A DNA stretch of 64,000 bases from Erythrobacter sanguineus (GTDB taxonomy: Bacteria; Pseudomonadota; Alphaproteobacteria; Sphingomonadales; Sphingomonadaceae). This document shows, one piece after another, positions 44,919 to 54,644 of this stretch. A model generated the notes under the pieces. That model made no database searches. It saw only the letters and a list, made by a program, of their open reading frames with translations, and had not been told where the DNA came from. Positions within the stretch are counted from its first letter, which is position 1; the number at the start of each line of letters is the position of its first letter. The stretch covers positions 62,482-126,481 of the forward strand of contig CAMCUB010000003.1 in the NCBI GenBank assembly GCA_945878845.1, read 5' to 3'. Both the position numbers and the translations under genes were made by a program.

Positions 44919-45881
44919 ATGACACCGAGGCCATTGCCCATCGCGCTTGCGACGCTGCTAGGCCTCGCCCTCTCCGCCTGCGCCACGCTCCCCGATATCT
45001 CACAGTCCCGCTCCCCCTGCCAGCTTGAGCCGGGCGGATGGTGCGGCTTTGTGCGCGATGCGGCGGTCGAGGCGTGGCCCTATGCGGTCGCCTCGACCAA
45101 CGCCTATACCGGCGACGACGACCTCTTCGCCAAGCCCGGCCGGGTGCTCCAGCGGATCGAGCATTTGCCGATTGCGCCCGAGGATGCCGACAAGGGCTTC
45201 AGCTACGAGATATTCAACCAATATGCCGCCGGATCGGGCGGGGACGCAGGGCGCAAGCCTGTCGCGCGGGTGCTCGCCTTCCGTGGCACCGATCTCAAGG
45301 GGCTCTCCGACATCTTCTTCGGCACGCTGCGCAATGACCAGATCGAGCTGGCGCTGCGCTATTTCGATGCCGAACGCGCGCGGCTCGGCAATGATCTGCC
45401 GTGGGTGGTGGTGGGCCATTCGCTGGGCGGGGCGCTGGCGACCGAGGTGTCGAATGCGAATCCCGAGGTGCGCGCCTTCATGTTCAACACCTCGCCCTTC
45501 TACCGCGACGAGGTGCGCGCCAATGCCCTCAGGCGCACCGTCTTCAACGAGCGCGGCGAGTTCCTGCGGCGGTTCGCGCGCAGCGGCGAGCCACCGGCGG
45601 CCAACGTGTTCACGATCAACTGCGAGCCGCGCAAGGACGCGATCACCAAGCACAAGGTGCGCCCGCTTGCCGATTGCATCACCTGGATCGCGGCCTATGC
45701 CAGCGCGGATGCCTATGCAGTGGTAAAGGCCAACGCGATCACCAAGCCTTTCGTGGAATGCGGGCCGGAGGACAAGCCGCACCCCGGGCCGGGCGCGAAG
45801 CCGGATGAGCCCTGCCTCCACAACTCTCTGCGCGAGCCAGCGGGCAGGGCCACCAAACCCTTCGCACGCGGCGGGAATTGA
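44919..45881 (+). CDS. lipase (class 3)-like alpha/beta hydrolase lipoprotein
   Basis: Lipobox LGLALSAC. Nucleophile elbow VVGHSLGGA. Confidence 0.7.
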   Translation: MTPRPLPIALATLLGLALSACATLPDISQSRSPCQLEPGGWCGFVRDAAVEAWPYAVASTNAYTGDDDLFAKPGRVLQRIEHLPIAPEDADKGFSYEIFNQYAAGSGGDAGRKPVARVLAFRGTDLKGLSDIFFGTLRNDQIELALRYFDAERARLGNDLPWVVVGHSLGGALATEVSNANPEVRAFMFNTSPFYRDEVRANALRRTVFNERGEFLRRFARSGEPPAANVFTINCEPRKDAITKHKVRPLADCITWIAAYASADAYAVVKANAITKPFVECGPEDKPHPGPGAKPDEPCLHNSLREPAGRATKPFARGGN

Positions 45882-45915
45882 ACGCGCACGCCATCGGCGC
45901 TAAAGGCGCCCCCTC

Positions 45916-47265
45916 ATGAAACCCTCCGCGCCTCCCCAGACCTACCGGGTCAAGAGCTTCGGCTGCCAGATGAACGTCTATGACGGCGAGCGCATGGGCG
46001 AGCTGCTGGCCGAGCGTGGCATCATGCCCGCGCCTGAGGGCGAGGATGCGGACCTTGTCATCCTCAACACCTGCCACATCCGGGAAAAGGCCGCCGAGAA
46101 GGTCTATTCGGACATCGGCCGGCTGGTCTTCGCGGGCAAGCAGGCGGGCAAGCAGCCGCTGATCGCGGTGGCGGGCTGCGTCGCGCAGGCCGAGGGCGAG
46201 GAGATCATGCAGCGCGCGCCCGCGGTCAGCATCGTGGTCGGCCCGCAGGCCTATCACCGTCTGCCCGAGATGCTGGACAAGGCGGTGCGGGGCAAGCGCG
46301 CGACCGATACCGACATGCCCGCCATCGCCAAGTTCGACGCGCTTCCGGCGCGGGCCAAGCGGGGCCCCAGCGCCTTCCTCACCGTGCAGGAAGGCTGCGA
46401 CAAGTTCTGCACCTATTGCGTGGTACCCTATACCCGCGGCGCAGAAATCTCGCGGCCGTTCAGCCATCTGGTCGCCGAAGCGCACAAGCTGGTCGAAGCG
46501 GGGGCGAAGGAGATCATGCTGCTCGGCCAGAACGTCAATGCGTGGGCCGGTGAGGACGACAAGGGCCGCCGCACGGGCCTTGGCGGGCTGATCCGCACGC
46601 TGGCGCAGATCGATGGCCTTGCGCGCATCCGCTACACCACCAGCCACCCCAACGACATGGACGACGACCTCATCGCCGCGCATGGCGAGGTGGAAAAGCT
46701 CATGCCCTATCTGCACTTGCCCGTGCAGGCGGGGAGCGACCGCATCCTCAAGGCGATGAACCGCCAGCACACCGCCGAAAGCTATCTGCGCGTGATTCAA
46801 CGCTTCCGCGCCGTGCGCCCCGACATCGCGCTGTCGGGCGATTTCATCGTCGGCTTCCCGGGCGAGACGGAAGGCGAGTTCGAGGACACGCTCAGCATCG
46901 TCGACGAAGTGCGCTATGCGGCCTGCTTCAGCTTCAAATACTCCCCGCGCCCCGGCACGCCCGCCGCGAGCATGGACGGCCAGATCGCTCCGCAAGTGAT
47001 GGACGAGCGCCTCAAGCGCCTTCAGGCCCGCCTTGCCCACCACCAATACGCCTTCAACCAGTCGAGCATCGGCAAGCGTTGCGAAGTGCTGGTCGAGCGC
47101 ATCGGCCGCCACCCCGGCCAGTGGCTCGGCAAGTCGCCGTGGCTCCAGAGCGTGCACTTCCAAGGCGACCACGCGATCGGCGATCTGGTCGAAGTGACCC
47201 TCGCCGAGGCGGGGCCCAATTCGCTCAAGGGATTGGTGCGCAACGGCGCGACCTTACTCGCCTGA
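45916..47265 (+). CDS. miaB: tRNA-i6A37 methylthiotransferase
   Basis: Radical-SAM motif [11 protein letters not shown]0004 N-domain (FGCQMN). TRAM C-terminus. Confidence 0.95.
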   Translation: MKPSAPPQTYRVKSFGCQMNVYDGERMGELLAERGIMPAPEGEDADLVILNTCHIREKAAEKVYSDIGRLVFAGKQAGKQPLIAVAGCVAQAEGEEIMQRAPAVSIVVGPQAYHRLPEMLDKAVRGKRATDTDMPAIAKFDALPARAKRGPSAFLTVQEGCDKFCTYCVVPYTRGAEISRPFSHLVAEAHKLVEAGAKEIMLLGQNVNAWAGEDDKGRRTGLGGLIRTLAQIDGLARIRYTTSHPNDMDDDLIAAHGEVEKLMPYLHLPVQAGSDRILKAMNRQHTAESYLRVIQRFRAVRPDIALSGDFIVGFPGETEGEFEDTLSIVDEVRYAACFSFKYSPRPGTPAASMDGQIAPQVMDERLKRLQARLAHHQYAFNQSSIGKRCEVLVERIGRHPGQWLGKSPWLQSVHFQGDHAIGDLVEVTLAEAGPNSLKGLVRNGATLLA

Positions 47266-47817
47266 AGCTTTCGTTAGCGGCAGCTCCATCAGCGCAGGCT
47301 CTTCGGCCAGCAAGACGGTCCCGAGTGCATCGGTCGTTTCGGCAGGCGGCAAGGTGGGGTTCGAGGGATAGGCCTCGCCGTCAAACCTGAGCACTGCCGT
47401 CCCCGAAGCCAGACCTCCGCCGCCGATCCTCATACTGATGTCGTGCCAGCCATTAGTTGCCGTATGGAGCACTGCGACTGGCGTGCGCGATACGGTAACC
47501 CTCGCCACTTTGCGCCAGCCTGGCCCGTCGCGGGTAAGCACCAGCGTGACGCAACCGCCACTGCCGCATAGATCGCGCGACACGACATGGACGATGGCCT
47601 CGCTCCGGCTGTCGCCGTCGAGGTCGTATTCTGCGAGAGCGTACTGCAACGGCAGCCAATCGCGATATTCCTGCCGCAGAAACTGGCGAACGTCCTGATC
47701 AGCGGCGGCTGGGGCGGGCTGGTCGGAGGTCTCAGCCGTTGCGCCGTGGTTGGGCAAGGACCTGGCAGAGCAGGCAGTCAGGGCCAGAGCCGTGACTAGT
47801 GTGACAAGCCGAAGCAT
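47254..47817 (-). CDS. hypothetical lipoprotein
   Basis: ATG at 47817. Lipobox [31 protein letters not shown] motif. Its 3' end overlaps miaB by 12 nt. Confidence 0.5.
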   Translation of the reverse strand: MLRLVTLVTALALTACSARSLPNHGATAETSDQPAPAAADQDVRQFLRQEYRDWLPLQYALAEYDLDGDSRSEAIVHVVSRDLCGSGGCVTLVLTRDGPGWRKVARVTVSRTPVAVLHTATNGWHDISMRIGGGGLASGTAVLRFDGEAYPSNPTLPPAETTDALGTVLLAEEPALMELPLTKASGE

Positions 47818-47986
47818 CGCGCTCTCCATCTGCCGGAACCACCACGCTAGGTGGCTCGCTACGCAGTGACAAGCTCGTGACTTTCCACCACCATCTCGCT
47901 GCATCCGGCTTGCTATCCGTCCGTACCCGCTTACGCTCGCGACTCAAGGGCAAGGGATCGTCCTTTTGCCGCAGCCAAAGGACCTT

Positions 47987-49024
47987 ATGGGCCGACGACC
48001 CTCCCGTGCCGGACACCCGGCGCTCTCGCCCGATCCGCGTGGTATTTCGGCACCGCGGCGCGCGCGTGTCGATCTGACCTTCGAGAATCAGGCCTTGCTC
48101 GGCCCCTTGTTCGGGCAGTTCGACGCCAATCTGGTGCAGGTCGAAAACCGGCTCGGGGTGTTCATCCATGCCCGCGGGCATCAGGTGGTGATCGAGGGGC
48201 CGGAGGATGACGTCGCCCGGGCGCGCGAGACCTTGAAGACCATGTATGACCGGCTCGCGCGGGGCGAGGCGCTCGATGCCGGGGCGATCGAGAGTCTGAT
48301 CGCGATGTCGGCGGAACCGACCTTGGAAGGCATCATTTCGGGCGACGACGGCGCGCCGCCGATCATGATCCGCACGCGCAAGAAGACCATTGTGCCGCGC
48401 TCGGCGACGCAGATCGAATATATGCGCAGCCTTGCGAAGGAGGACATCATCTTCGCGCTCGGCCCGGCGGGCACCGGCAAGACCTATATCGCGGTGGCGC
48501 AGGCGGTGAGCCAGCTCATCACCGGGAGCGTGCAGCGCCTGATCCTTTCACGCCCGGCGGTGGAGGCGGGCGAGAAGCTCGGCTTCCTGCCCGGCGACAT
48601 GAAGGAGAAGGTCGATCCCTATCTGCGGCCGCTCTACGATGCCTTGAACGACTGCATGCCGCCCGAACAGGTCGAGCGGCGGCTGGCAAACGGCGAGATC
48701 GAGATCGCGCCGATCGCCTTCATGCGCGGCCGCACGCTGGCCAACAGCTTCATCATCCTCGACGAGGCGCAGAACACCACCAAGGAACAGATGAAGATGT
48801 TCCTCACCCGCTTCGGCGAAAGCAGCCGGATGGTGATCTGCGGCGACCCGCGGCAGGTCGACATCCCCGGCGGCCCGCGCATGAGCGGGCTCAACGACGC
48901 GGTCGAGAAGCTCGAGGGCGTCGAAGGCTTCGGCACGATCCGCTTCACCACTGCCGACGTGGTGCGCCACCCAATCGTGGGCCGGATCGTCGAGGCCTAT
49001 GAGGGCAATGGCGAGGAGGGCTAG
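47987..49024 (+). CDS. phoH: PhoH family ATPase (YbeZ-like)
   Basis: First ATG is at 47987 (the track ORF starts at TTG 47966). Walker A GPAGTGKT. Confidence 0.9.
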   Translation: MGRRPSRAGHPALSPDPRGISAPRRARVDLTFENQALLGPLFGQFDANLVQVENRLGVFIHARGHQVVIEGPEDDVARARETLKTMYDRLARGEALDAGAIESLIAMSAEPTLEGIISGDDGAPPIMIRTRKKTIVPRSATQIEYMRSLAKEDIIFALGPAGTGKTYIAVAQAVSQLITGSVQRLILSRPAVEAGEKLGFLPGDMKEKVDPYLRPLYDALNDCMPPEQVERRLANGEIEIAPIAFMRGRTLANSFIILDEAQNTTKEQMKMFLTRFGESSRMVICGDPRQVDIPGGPRMSGLNDAVEKLEGVEGFGTIRFTTADVVRHPIVGRIVEAYEGNGEEG

Positions 49025-49052
49025 GGCGAAGCGCGAGCTCTGAGAATGCTTG

Positions 49053-49640
49053 ATGGGGTTTTTGGACTCTCTTTTTGCCAAAAGGCCGCACGATCCGGCG
49101 CAGGCGATGATCGTGTGGCTCAAGAAGCAGCCGCCGATCGCGCGCATGACTGTGGCAGGTTGGTTCGGCCCGACGCACAATGCGGGCGTGGTGCTCGATT
49201 GGATCCTGACCCGCCCGGACTGTGATCGGATGACGGCGCTGAGCACGTTCTGGGAAGCGATGCAGGAAGCCCCGGCAGAACTGGCAGCGTTACGCTCTGA
49301 TCCCGCAGCGTTGACGCCCAATCTGGCGCTGGAGAAAAGGATCGCTGCAGATTGGCGGGAGGGGCGGTTTATCCTATCCGAATACGGCTTCGATCCGGCG
49401 CAACACTGGAGTGAGTTCGCCAAGAAACTCCGCAAATACAGGTTGAAGGCGGCAGATTTCGACTTGCCCGACGGTATTCGCGACCCGCTTCCCGGACCGC
49501 GGTTCACACTCTGGTGGCCGACCGATAAGCGGCTGGAAAACGAGAAGAGCAATCTGATCTCCGACATCACCGTGTGTGATCAGGCTATCGAACGGCCCGA
49601 ACAGTGGCTTTCCGTGCGAAAGAAGCGGTTGGGATACTGA
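49053..49640 (+). CDS. hypothetical protein (orphan, lower GC)
   Basis: ATG at 49053 (MGFLDSLFAKRPHD). I recognise no motif. Inserted between phoH and ybeY. Confidence 0.45.
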   Translation: MGFLDSLFAKRPHDPAQAMIVWLKKQPPIARMTVAGWFGPTHNAGVVLDWILTRPDCDRMTALSTFWEAMQEAPAELAALRSDPAALTPNLALEKRIAADWREGRFILSEYGFDPAQHWSEFAKKLRKYRLKAADFDLPDGIRDPLPGPRFTLWWPTDKRLENEKSNLISDITVCDQAIERPEQWLSVRKKRLGY

Positions 49641-49705
49641 TCGGCTGTCGTCGATGCTTATGAAGGGAACGGTGAGGGCGAGGGGCAGTAGGTAAAGGAA
49701 GGCCG

Positions 49706-50224
49706 CTATTCGTAGCGGATCACCACTTGCGCGCCGAGCAGGCCTTCGGCAATGGTCACCGTGACGCTGCGGGGGCTCTCGAGGTTCCACCGCTGAAAGG
49801 TCGCTTCGGGGATGAAATACCTTCCGGCACCCGCCGCGCTTCCCGGCGATGCGGGTTGGAGCCAGGCCCAGTGGTGTTGCTTGCTGCTGTTCTTGATCGA
49901 GGTCGCCTCGGTGCGCTCGAGGGTCATCGTCACCGCCTGTTCGGGGCCCAGCGCCATGCCGTTGATGCTCGGCATGATCCCCACGCTCCAGACGGGCCAG
50001 CCCATCAGCCCGGTCACTGCGCAAACCACAGCAGCCATCTGATGCGCGCGCCGATCAGCGATTGCGCGAACCGCCCACCACCATACACCGGACGCCAGCA
50101 CCGCAGTGGCCAGCAGGCCGGCGAGTTTCAGCCCGGAGCCGGATGCAATGTTGCGCGGCCACGCCTCGCCCACCAGACCCCCCAGAGCCAGCGTGACTAC
50201 GATGGGCAGCACAAAGGGCAGCAT
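49706..50224 (-). CDS. hypothetical membrane protein
   Basis: ATG at 50224 (MLPFVLPIVVTLALGGLV). About 3 TM helices followed by a soluble C-terminal part. Confidence 0.4.
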   Translation of the reverse strand: MLPFVLPIVVTLALGGLVGEAWPRNIASGSGLKLAGLLATAVLASGVWWWAVRAIADRRAHQMAAVVCAVTGLMGWPVWSVGIMPSINGMALGPEQAVTMTLERTEATSIKNSSKQHHWAWLQPASPGSAAGAGRYFIPEATFQRWNLESPRSVTVTIAEGLLGAQVVIRYE

Positions 50225-50387
50225 CAGCTTGGGAAAGAAGCTTGGCGGCACTAGGGTGCGTCGAGATTGGCGCTGATCCACGCGGGAGCATTCGCACACC
50301 GCCGTTACGAAACCTTTGATGGAGCCTGTCCGACACCGGGGCGAATGGCGTTCCCGCTTGGCGCGATCCGCGCTAAGGGCGATTGGG

Positions 50388-50870
50388 ATGCAACTCGATA
50401 TCGACATCGAAGACTGGCCTGCGGGCGATTGGGAAGCGCTGGCGACCCGCGCCGCCGAGGCTGCGGGGGAGGGCGAGCCGCTCCTCGCCAATGCGCGCCT
50501 TATCGCCAGCCTGCTGTTCACCTCCGACGCCGAGGTTCACACCCTCAACCGCGAATGGCGCGAGCGGGACAAGCCCACCAATGTGCTCAGCTTCCCGATG
50601 CTCGAGCGCGCGGAACTCGGGGCGCTCGGCGCAGAAGGCCAGCCCGAAATGCTCGGTGACATCGCGCTCGCGCATGAGACCTGCGCGCGCGAGGCGGCGG
50701 AGAAGGGCATCACGCTTGAAGCCCATGCCACCCACCTCATCGTCCATGGCCTCCTCCACCTCGCCGGTCACGACCATGTCGCTTCCGACGAACAGGCCGA
50801 GGCAATGGAGGCGCTTGAAACCCGGATACTTGCCAAACTGGGCATCGCTGACCCATATGGCGACAAGTAG
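50388..50870 (+). CDS. ybeY: rRNA maturation RNase YbeY
   Basis: ATG at 50388. HLIVHGLLHLAGHDH metal-binding motif. Confidence 0.9.
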   Translation: MQLDIDIEDWPAGDWEALATRAAEAAGEGEPLLANARLIASLLFTSDAEVHTLNREWRERDKPTNVLSFPMLERAELGALGAEGQPEMLGDIALAHETCAREAAEKGITLEAHATHLIVHGLLHLAGHDHVASDEQAEAMEALETRILAKLGIADPYGDK

Positions 50871-50893
50871 CAACAGGAGCCACTTACAAGGCC

Positions 50894-51817
50894 ATGGCCG
50901 ATTCCCATTCGTCCGCGTCCCCGTCGGGAGAAGCGGACAGTAGCAGCGGGCTGATGTCCGCGCTTCGCAAGATGCTCGGGTTCGAGGGCGCGCGCTCCTT
51001 GCGCGAACAGCTCGAAGAAGCGATCGACGAGCACGAGGACGAGAACGGCGGCCCGGGTGAGGGCGCGGCCACGGGCGGCGACCTGTCGCGGGTCGAGCGG
51101 CAGATGCTGCGCAACCTCCTCCACTTCTCCGAACACGATGCGGACGATGTCGCTGTCCCGCGCGGCGAGATCATCGCGGTCGATGCTTCGATCAGCTGGG
51201 CCGAGATGGTCGCGGCCTTCTCCGAGCACGGCCATTCGCGCATGCCGGTCTACCGCGACACGCTCGATAGCGTGATCGGGATGATCCACATCAAGGATGT
51301 GTTCCCTTTCCTCGCCAACGGCACGCCGCCGCCCGCCGACTGGACTACGCTGATGCGCCAGCCGCTCTATGTGCCGCAGGCGCGCGGGGCGCTGGACGTG
51401 CTCGCCGACATGCGCACCCAACGCGTGCACCTTGCGATCGTGCTCGACGAATTCTCGGGCACCGACGGGCTCATCACCATCGAGGATCTGGTCGAGGAAA
51501 TCGTCGGCGATATCGAGGACGAGCATGATGACGCCCCGCCCGAACTGATCACGCCGATCGGCGAGGGCATGTGGGATTGCGACGCGCGCGCCGAGCTTGA
51601 TGATATCGCGGAGAAAATCGACCCGCGCCTCGCCGAAGTCGCCGAAAGCGTCGACACTTTGGGCGGCCTTGCCTTCGTGCTCGCCGAGGCGGTGCCGCCG
51701 GTGGGCACGGTGCTGGAACATCCGAGCGGTTGGCGGATTGAAGTCACGGCAGGCGACGAAACCCACGTTACGCGCCTCAGGCTGCACCCTCCGGCGCGCG
51801 AGGAAGAGGTGCAGTAG
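50894..51817 (+). CDS. CBS-pair / CorC_HlyC domain protein (CorC/TlyC-like)
   Basis: CBS pair plus C-terminal transporter-associated domain. Usual position after ybeY. Confidence 0.85.
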   Translation: MADSHSSASPSGEADSSSGLMSALRKMLGFEGARSLREQLEEAIDEHEDENGGPGEGAATGGDLSRVERQMLRNLLHFSEHDADDVAVPRGEIIAVDASISWAEMVAAFSEHGHSRMPVYRDTLDSVIGMIHIKDVFPFLANGTPPPADWTTLMRQPLYVPQARGALDVLADMRTQRVHLAIVLDEFSGTDGLITIEDLVEEIVGDIEDEHDDAPPELITPIGEGMWDCDARAELDDIAEKIDPRLAEVAESVDTLGGLAFVLAEAVPPVGTVLEHPSGWRIEVTAGDETHVTRLRLHPPAREEEVQ

Positions 51818-51911
51818 GCGCAACTTTTTGCCTCTATCCACAATTCTTCTTCGATTTTTTGCATCCTTTGCGCGTCTGGTGCGTATCTGCTCCCACCGAG
51901 GAGATTGAAAG

Positions 51912-52796
51912 ATGCCTGCTAGACGTCTGCCCCCCCTGCGCGCGCTTGAAGCTTTCATGCGCACGGTCCGTCTGGGCTCTGCCCGGGCGGCGGCGGAGGA
52001 GATTGGTCTGAGCCCCTCGGCGCTGTCGCGGCGGATCAGCAACCTTGAAGAATTCGTCGGCAAGAAGCTGTTCACCCGCGCGCGCCAGTCGATGCAGCTG
52101 ACCGACGAGGGCCAAGCCTTCTACGAGGCGGTGAACCCGCATATGGAAGCGCTCGCGAGGGCGGTGGAGAGCCAGTCGGACAATATCGCGCTGCTGCGCC
52201 TGCGGCTTGGCGTGCTGCCGATGTTCGGCAGCCAGCGCCTGTTCCCGCGGCTCGGCGAGCTGCGCAAGCGCCACCCGCTGCTCCACATCGACATCGACAC
52301 CGCCCCGCACCTTGAAGACCGGGTGGGCGACACGCTCGACGCCGCGATCATCCTGTCGCGCGGGCCCGCGAGCGGGCTCCACGCAGTGCGGCTCGACCAC
52401 AACCTTGTTCACGCGATCTGCTCGAAGGAAACCGCGCGCGCGATCGGGCCCCACATCACGCCCGAGGTGATGGCCAAGCAGACCTTCCTGATCCACAACG
52501 AACTGCCCGAGAGCTTCGTCGCGTGGAAGAAGGCCAATGCGCTCGACACGATGGATCCGGCCGCGATCGACCATTACGATTCGGGCGCGCTGATGCTGGA
52601 GGCGGCAGCCCAAGGCCTCGGCATCGCGATCATGCACGATGACCACCTGCGCCGCGCCAATGACAACCGGCTGATCAACCTGCCGGGCGCGCCGGTGGAG
52701 AGCCCCTATTCCTACTGGTTCGTGTGCAAGCCGGTCGCGCTGGAGAGCCGCCCGGTGCGGATCTTCCACGATTGGCTGGTGCGCGCGGGGCTCTGA
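51912..52796 (+). CDS. LysR family transcriptional regulator
   Basis: LPPLRALEAFMRTVRLGSARAAAEEIGLSPSALSRRI HTH followed by a LysR substrate-binding domain. Confidence 0.85.
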   Translation: MPARRLPPLRALEAFMRTVRLGSARAAAEEIGLSPSALSRRISNLEEFVGKKLFTRARQSMQLTDEGQAFYEAVNPHMEALARAVESQSDNIALLRLRLGVLPMFGSQRLFPRLGELRKRHPLLHIDIDTAPHLEDRVGDTLDAAIILSRGPASGLHAVRLDHNLVHAICSKETARAIGPHITPEVMAKQTFLIHNELPESFVAWKKANALDTMDPAAIDHYDSGALMLEAAAQGLGIAIMHDDHLRRANDNRLINLPGAPVESPYSYWFVCKPVALESRPVRIFHDWLVRAGL

Positions 52797-52799
52797 GGC

Positions 52800-52961
52800 A
52801 TGTCGCTGGCCGACGAGAGCGAGCGCGCGACGGCGCTGCTTGCGGGCAAGGTCGTGGCGCGGGTGGTGCGCCACCGCGAGGGCGAAGTGTTGATCGAATT
52901 TACTGACGGCACGCGGCTGTTCGTGGATAGTGCAGCCGCGCTTGAACTGTCGATTACCTGA
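52800..52961 (+). CDS. small hypothetical protein (53 aa)
   Basis: Translated by hand: MSLADESERATALLAGKVVARVVRHREGEVLIEFTDGTRLFVDSAAALELSIT. GC-rich third positions. Starts 4 nt after the lysR-type stop. Below the track cutoff. Confidence 0.35.
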   Translation: MSLADESERATALLAGKVVARVVRHREGEVLIEFTDGTRLFVDSAAALELSIT

Positions 52962-53173
52962 CCGCTTCCGTGTGGGTGCGGTTGTAATTGCCGGGACGTC
53001 AAGGCACAGAAATTGCGGGCTTTCCTACAGGGGCCAGCGGTGACACACTCGTGCCCATGACCTGCTCTGACGCCCGTTTTTCCGACCCTGCAGCGCGCCT
53101 CACGAGCGAGGAGAGAATTTCTCCTTTATACTGTGTCTCATTGTCTCCAACACGGAGGCGCTGATGGCACCAG

Positions 53174-54052
53174 TCAGTCCGCGCTCTCGACCTTGGGCTT
53201 GTAGCGCACCGGGGCGACCGTATGCGCGAAGGGGCGCAAGGGGTGGCCGCGGATCTCGATCAGCGCATCCTCGATGCGGCGGCGCGCTTCGATGCTGATC
53301 GCCTTGCGGCCCTTGAAGTCCTCAGGGCTGAAAGGCTCGAGGTAGTGGAGCCGGACGGGGAAGCTGCCCTTGCGCGACAGGACGCGCTTGGCGTTGTTGA
53401 GGCCGCCTTCCTCGCCGATCCAGCCGATCCACTCGGCGACCGCGCCATAGTCGAGGATCACCGGCTGGACGAGCACGCCGGGCGGGGGCGGCTCGAGGAC
53501 GGAGAGCATCGAGGTCTTGAAGGGGAGCAGCGACTGGCCGTCGGTGGTGGTGCCTTCGGGGAAGACGGTGACCGACCAGTTGTCGACCAGCGCTTCCTTC
53601 AAGGCGTTGATCTGCTCGGCGACGCCCATGCGGTGCTCGCGCTTGACGAACACCGTGCGGTTGAGGCTGGCGAGCCAGCCGACCACCGGGGCAGTGGCCA
53701 GCTCGGCCTTGGCGACAAAGGCGGTGCCGCTCGCGCCGGCCAGCGCGAGGATGTCGACCCACGAGATGTGGTTGGCGACGAAGAACACGTCGCGCTTCAG
53801 GTGCGTCCCCACCACCTGCACCCGCGCCCCGCAGACCCGCGCGGCGTAGCGCAGGAACAGCATCGGGAAGGGCGAGCCGTAGGAGATGACGCGATAGAGG
53901 TAATGCAGCGGCACGAACACCAGCAGCAGCGCGATGAGGCCGAGCGAGCGCGCTATGATGCGCAGCCAGCCGGCGAGGCTGATCGGCGTCTGCTCGCCCC
54001 GCGCGGCGGCCTGGCGCAGTTCCCACTCGGTCATTGCGGGAAGCTCAGTCAT
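53174..54052 (-). CDS. 1-acyl-sn-glycerol-3-phosphate acyltransferase family protein
   Basis: HX4D motif NHISWVDI; FPEGTT motif. Start is at 54052 (overlapping the fur stop by 8 nt) or 54034. Confidence 0.8.
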   Translation of the reverse strand: MTELPAMTEWELRQAAARGEQTPISLAGWLRIIARSLGLIALLLVFVPLHYLYRVISYGSPFPMLFLRYAARVCGARVQVVGTHLKRDVFFVANHISWVDILALAGASGTAFVAKAELATAPVVGWLASLNRTVFVKREHRMGVAEQINALKEALVDNWSVTVFPEGTTTDGQSLLPFKTSMLSVLEPPPPGVLVQPVILDYGAVAEWIGWIGEEGGLNNAKRVLSRKGSFPVRLHYLEPFSPEDFKGRKAISIEARRRIEDALIEIRGHPLRPFAHTVAPVRYKPKVESAD

Positions 54053-54479
54053 TGCGCGAGAGCCGCACGCCGTAGAGCTCCATGCGGTGATCGACCAGCC
54101 GGTAGCCCAGTCGCTCGGCAATCTGGCGCTGGAGCGCTTCGACCTCGGGATCGACGAATTCGACGACCTTGCCGGTCTCGACGTCGATCAGGTGGTCATG
54201 GTGGGCTTCGGGCACCGGCTCGTAGCGCGAGCGGCCGTCGCCGAAATCGTGGCGGTCGAGGATACCCGCTTCCTCGAACAGGCGCACGGTGCGGTAGACC
54301 GTGGCGATCGAGATGCGCGGATCGATCGCGGCGGCGCGGCTGTGGAGCAGCTCGACATCGGGGTGATCGTCGCTCTCCGACAGCACCCGGGCGATGACGC
54401 GGCGCTGTTCAGTGATGCGCAGGCCTTTTTCTGCGCAGAGTTGTTCGAGATCGATCTTGTGGGTCAAGAAAAGCTCCAT
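54045..54479 (-). CDS. fur: Fur/Mur family metalloregulator (alphaproteobacterial type without C-terminal Cys pairs)
   Basis: ATG at 54479. LRITEQRRVIARVL...ISIATVYRTVRLFEEAGI...HHDHLID closely resembles rhizobial Fur/Mur as I recall it. Confidence 0.85.
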   Translation of the reverse strand: MELFLTHKIDLEQLCAEKGLRITEQRRVIARVLSESDDHPDVELLHSRAAAIDPRISIATVYRTVRLFEEAGILDRHDFGDGRSRYEPVPEAHHDHLIDVETGKVVEFVDPEVEALQRQIAERLGYRLVDHRMELYGVRLSRND

Positions 54480-54644
54480 CGCCGTGCGCGGTGCCCCTTG
54501 CAGGTGCGAGCGCCCCAAAGCATTGCAGCCTCACCCCTACAGGGACGAGGCTGCTTGCTCAAGCGCCCCCGCCGCCCTCTCAACAGGGGCGGTGCGAGCA
54601 GCTGTCTGGACCAGACCCCGGTGCGACCCGAAGGGCTCGGTTTC

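Noticed and set aside
51834-51842. DnaA box CTATCCACA (8/9 to TTATCCACA) suggesting a replication origin
   Set aside because: It is a single box in a 94-bp corC/lysR spacer. There is no box cluster, no AT-rich unwinding element, and no dnaA, hemE or parAB context.
54045-54479. Irr (haem-responsive Fur paralogue), because the protein lacks CxxC pairs and has an HHDH motif
   Set aside because: Overall similarity and the tsaB-rimI-fur-plsC neighbourhood fit the rhizobial Fur/Mur orthologue better, as I recall it. Only a phylogeny could settle this.
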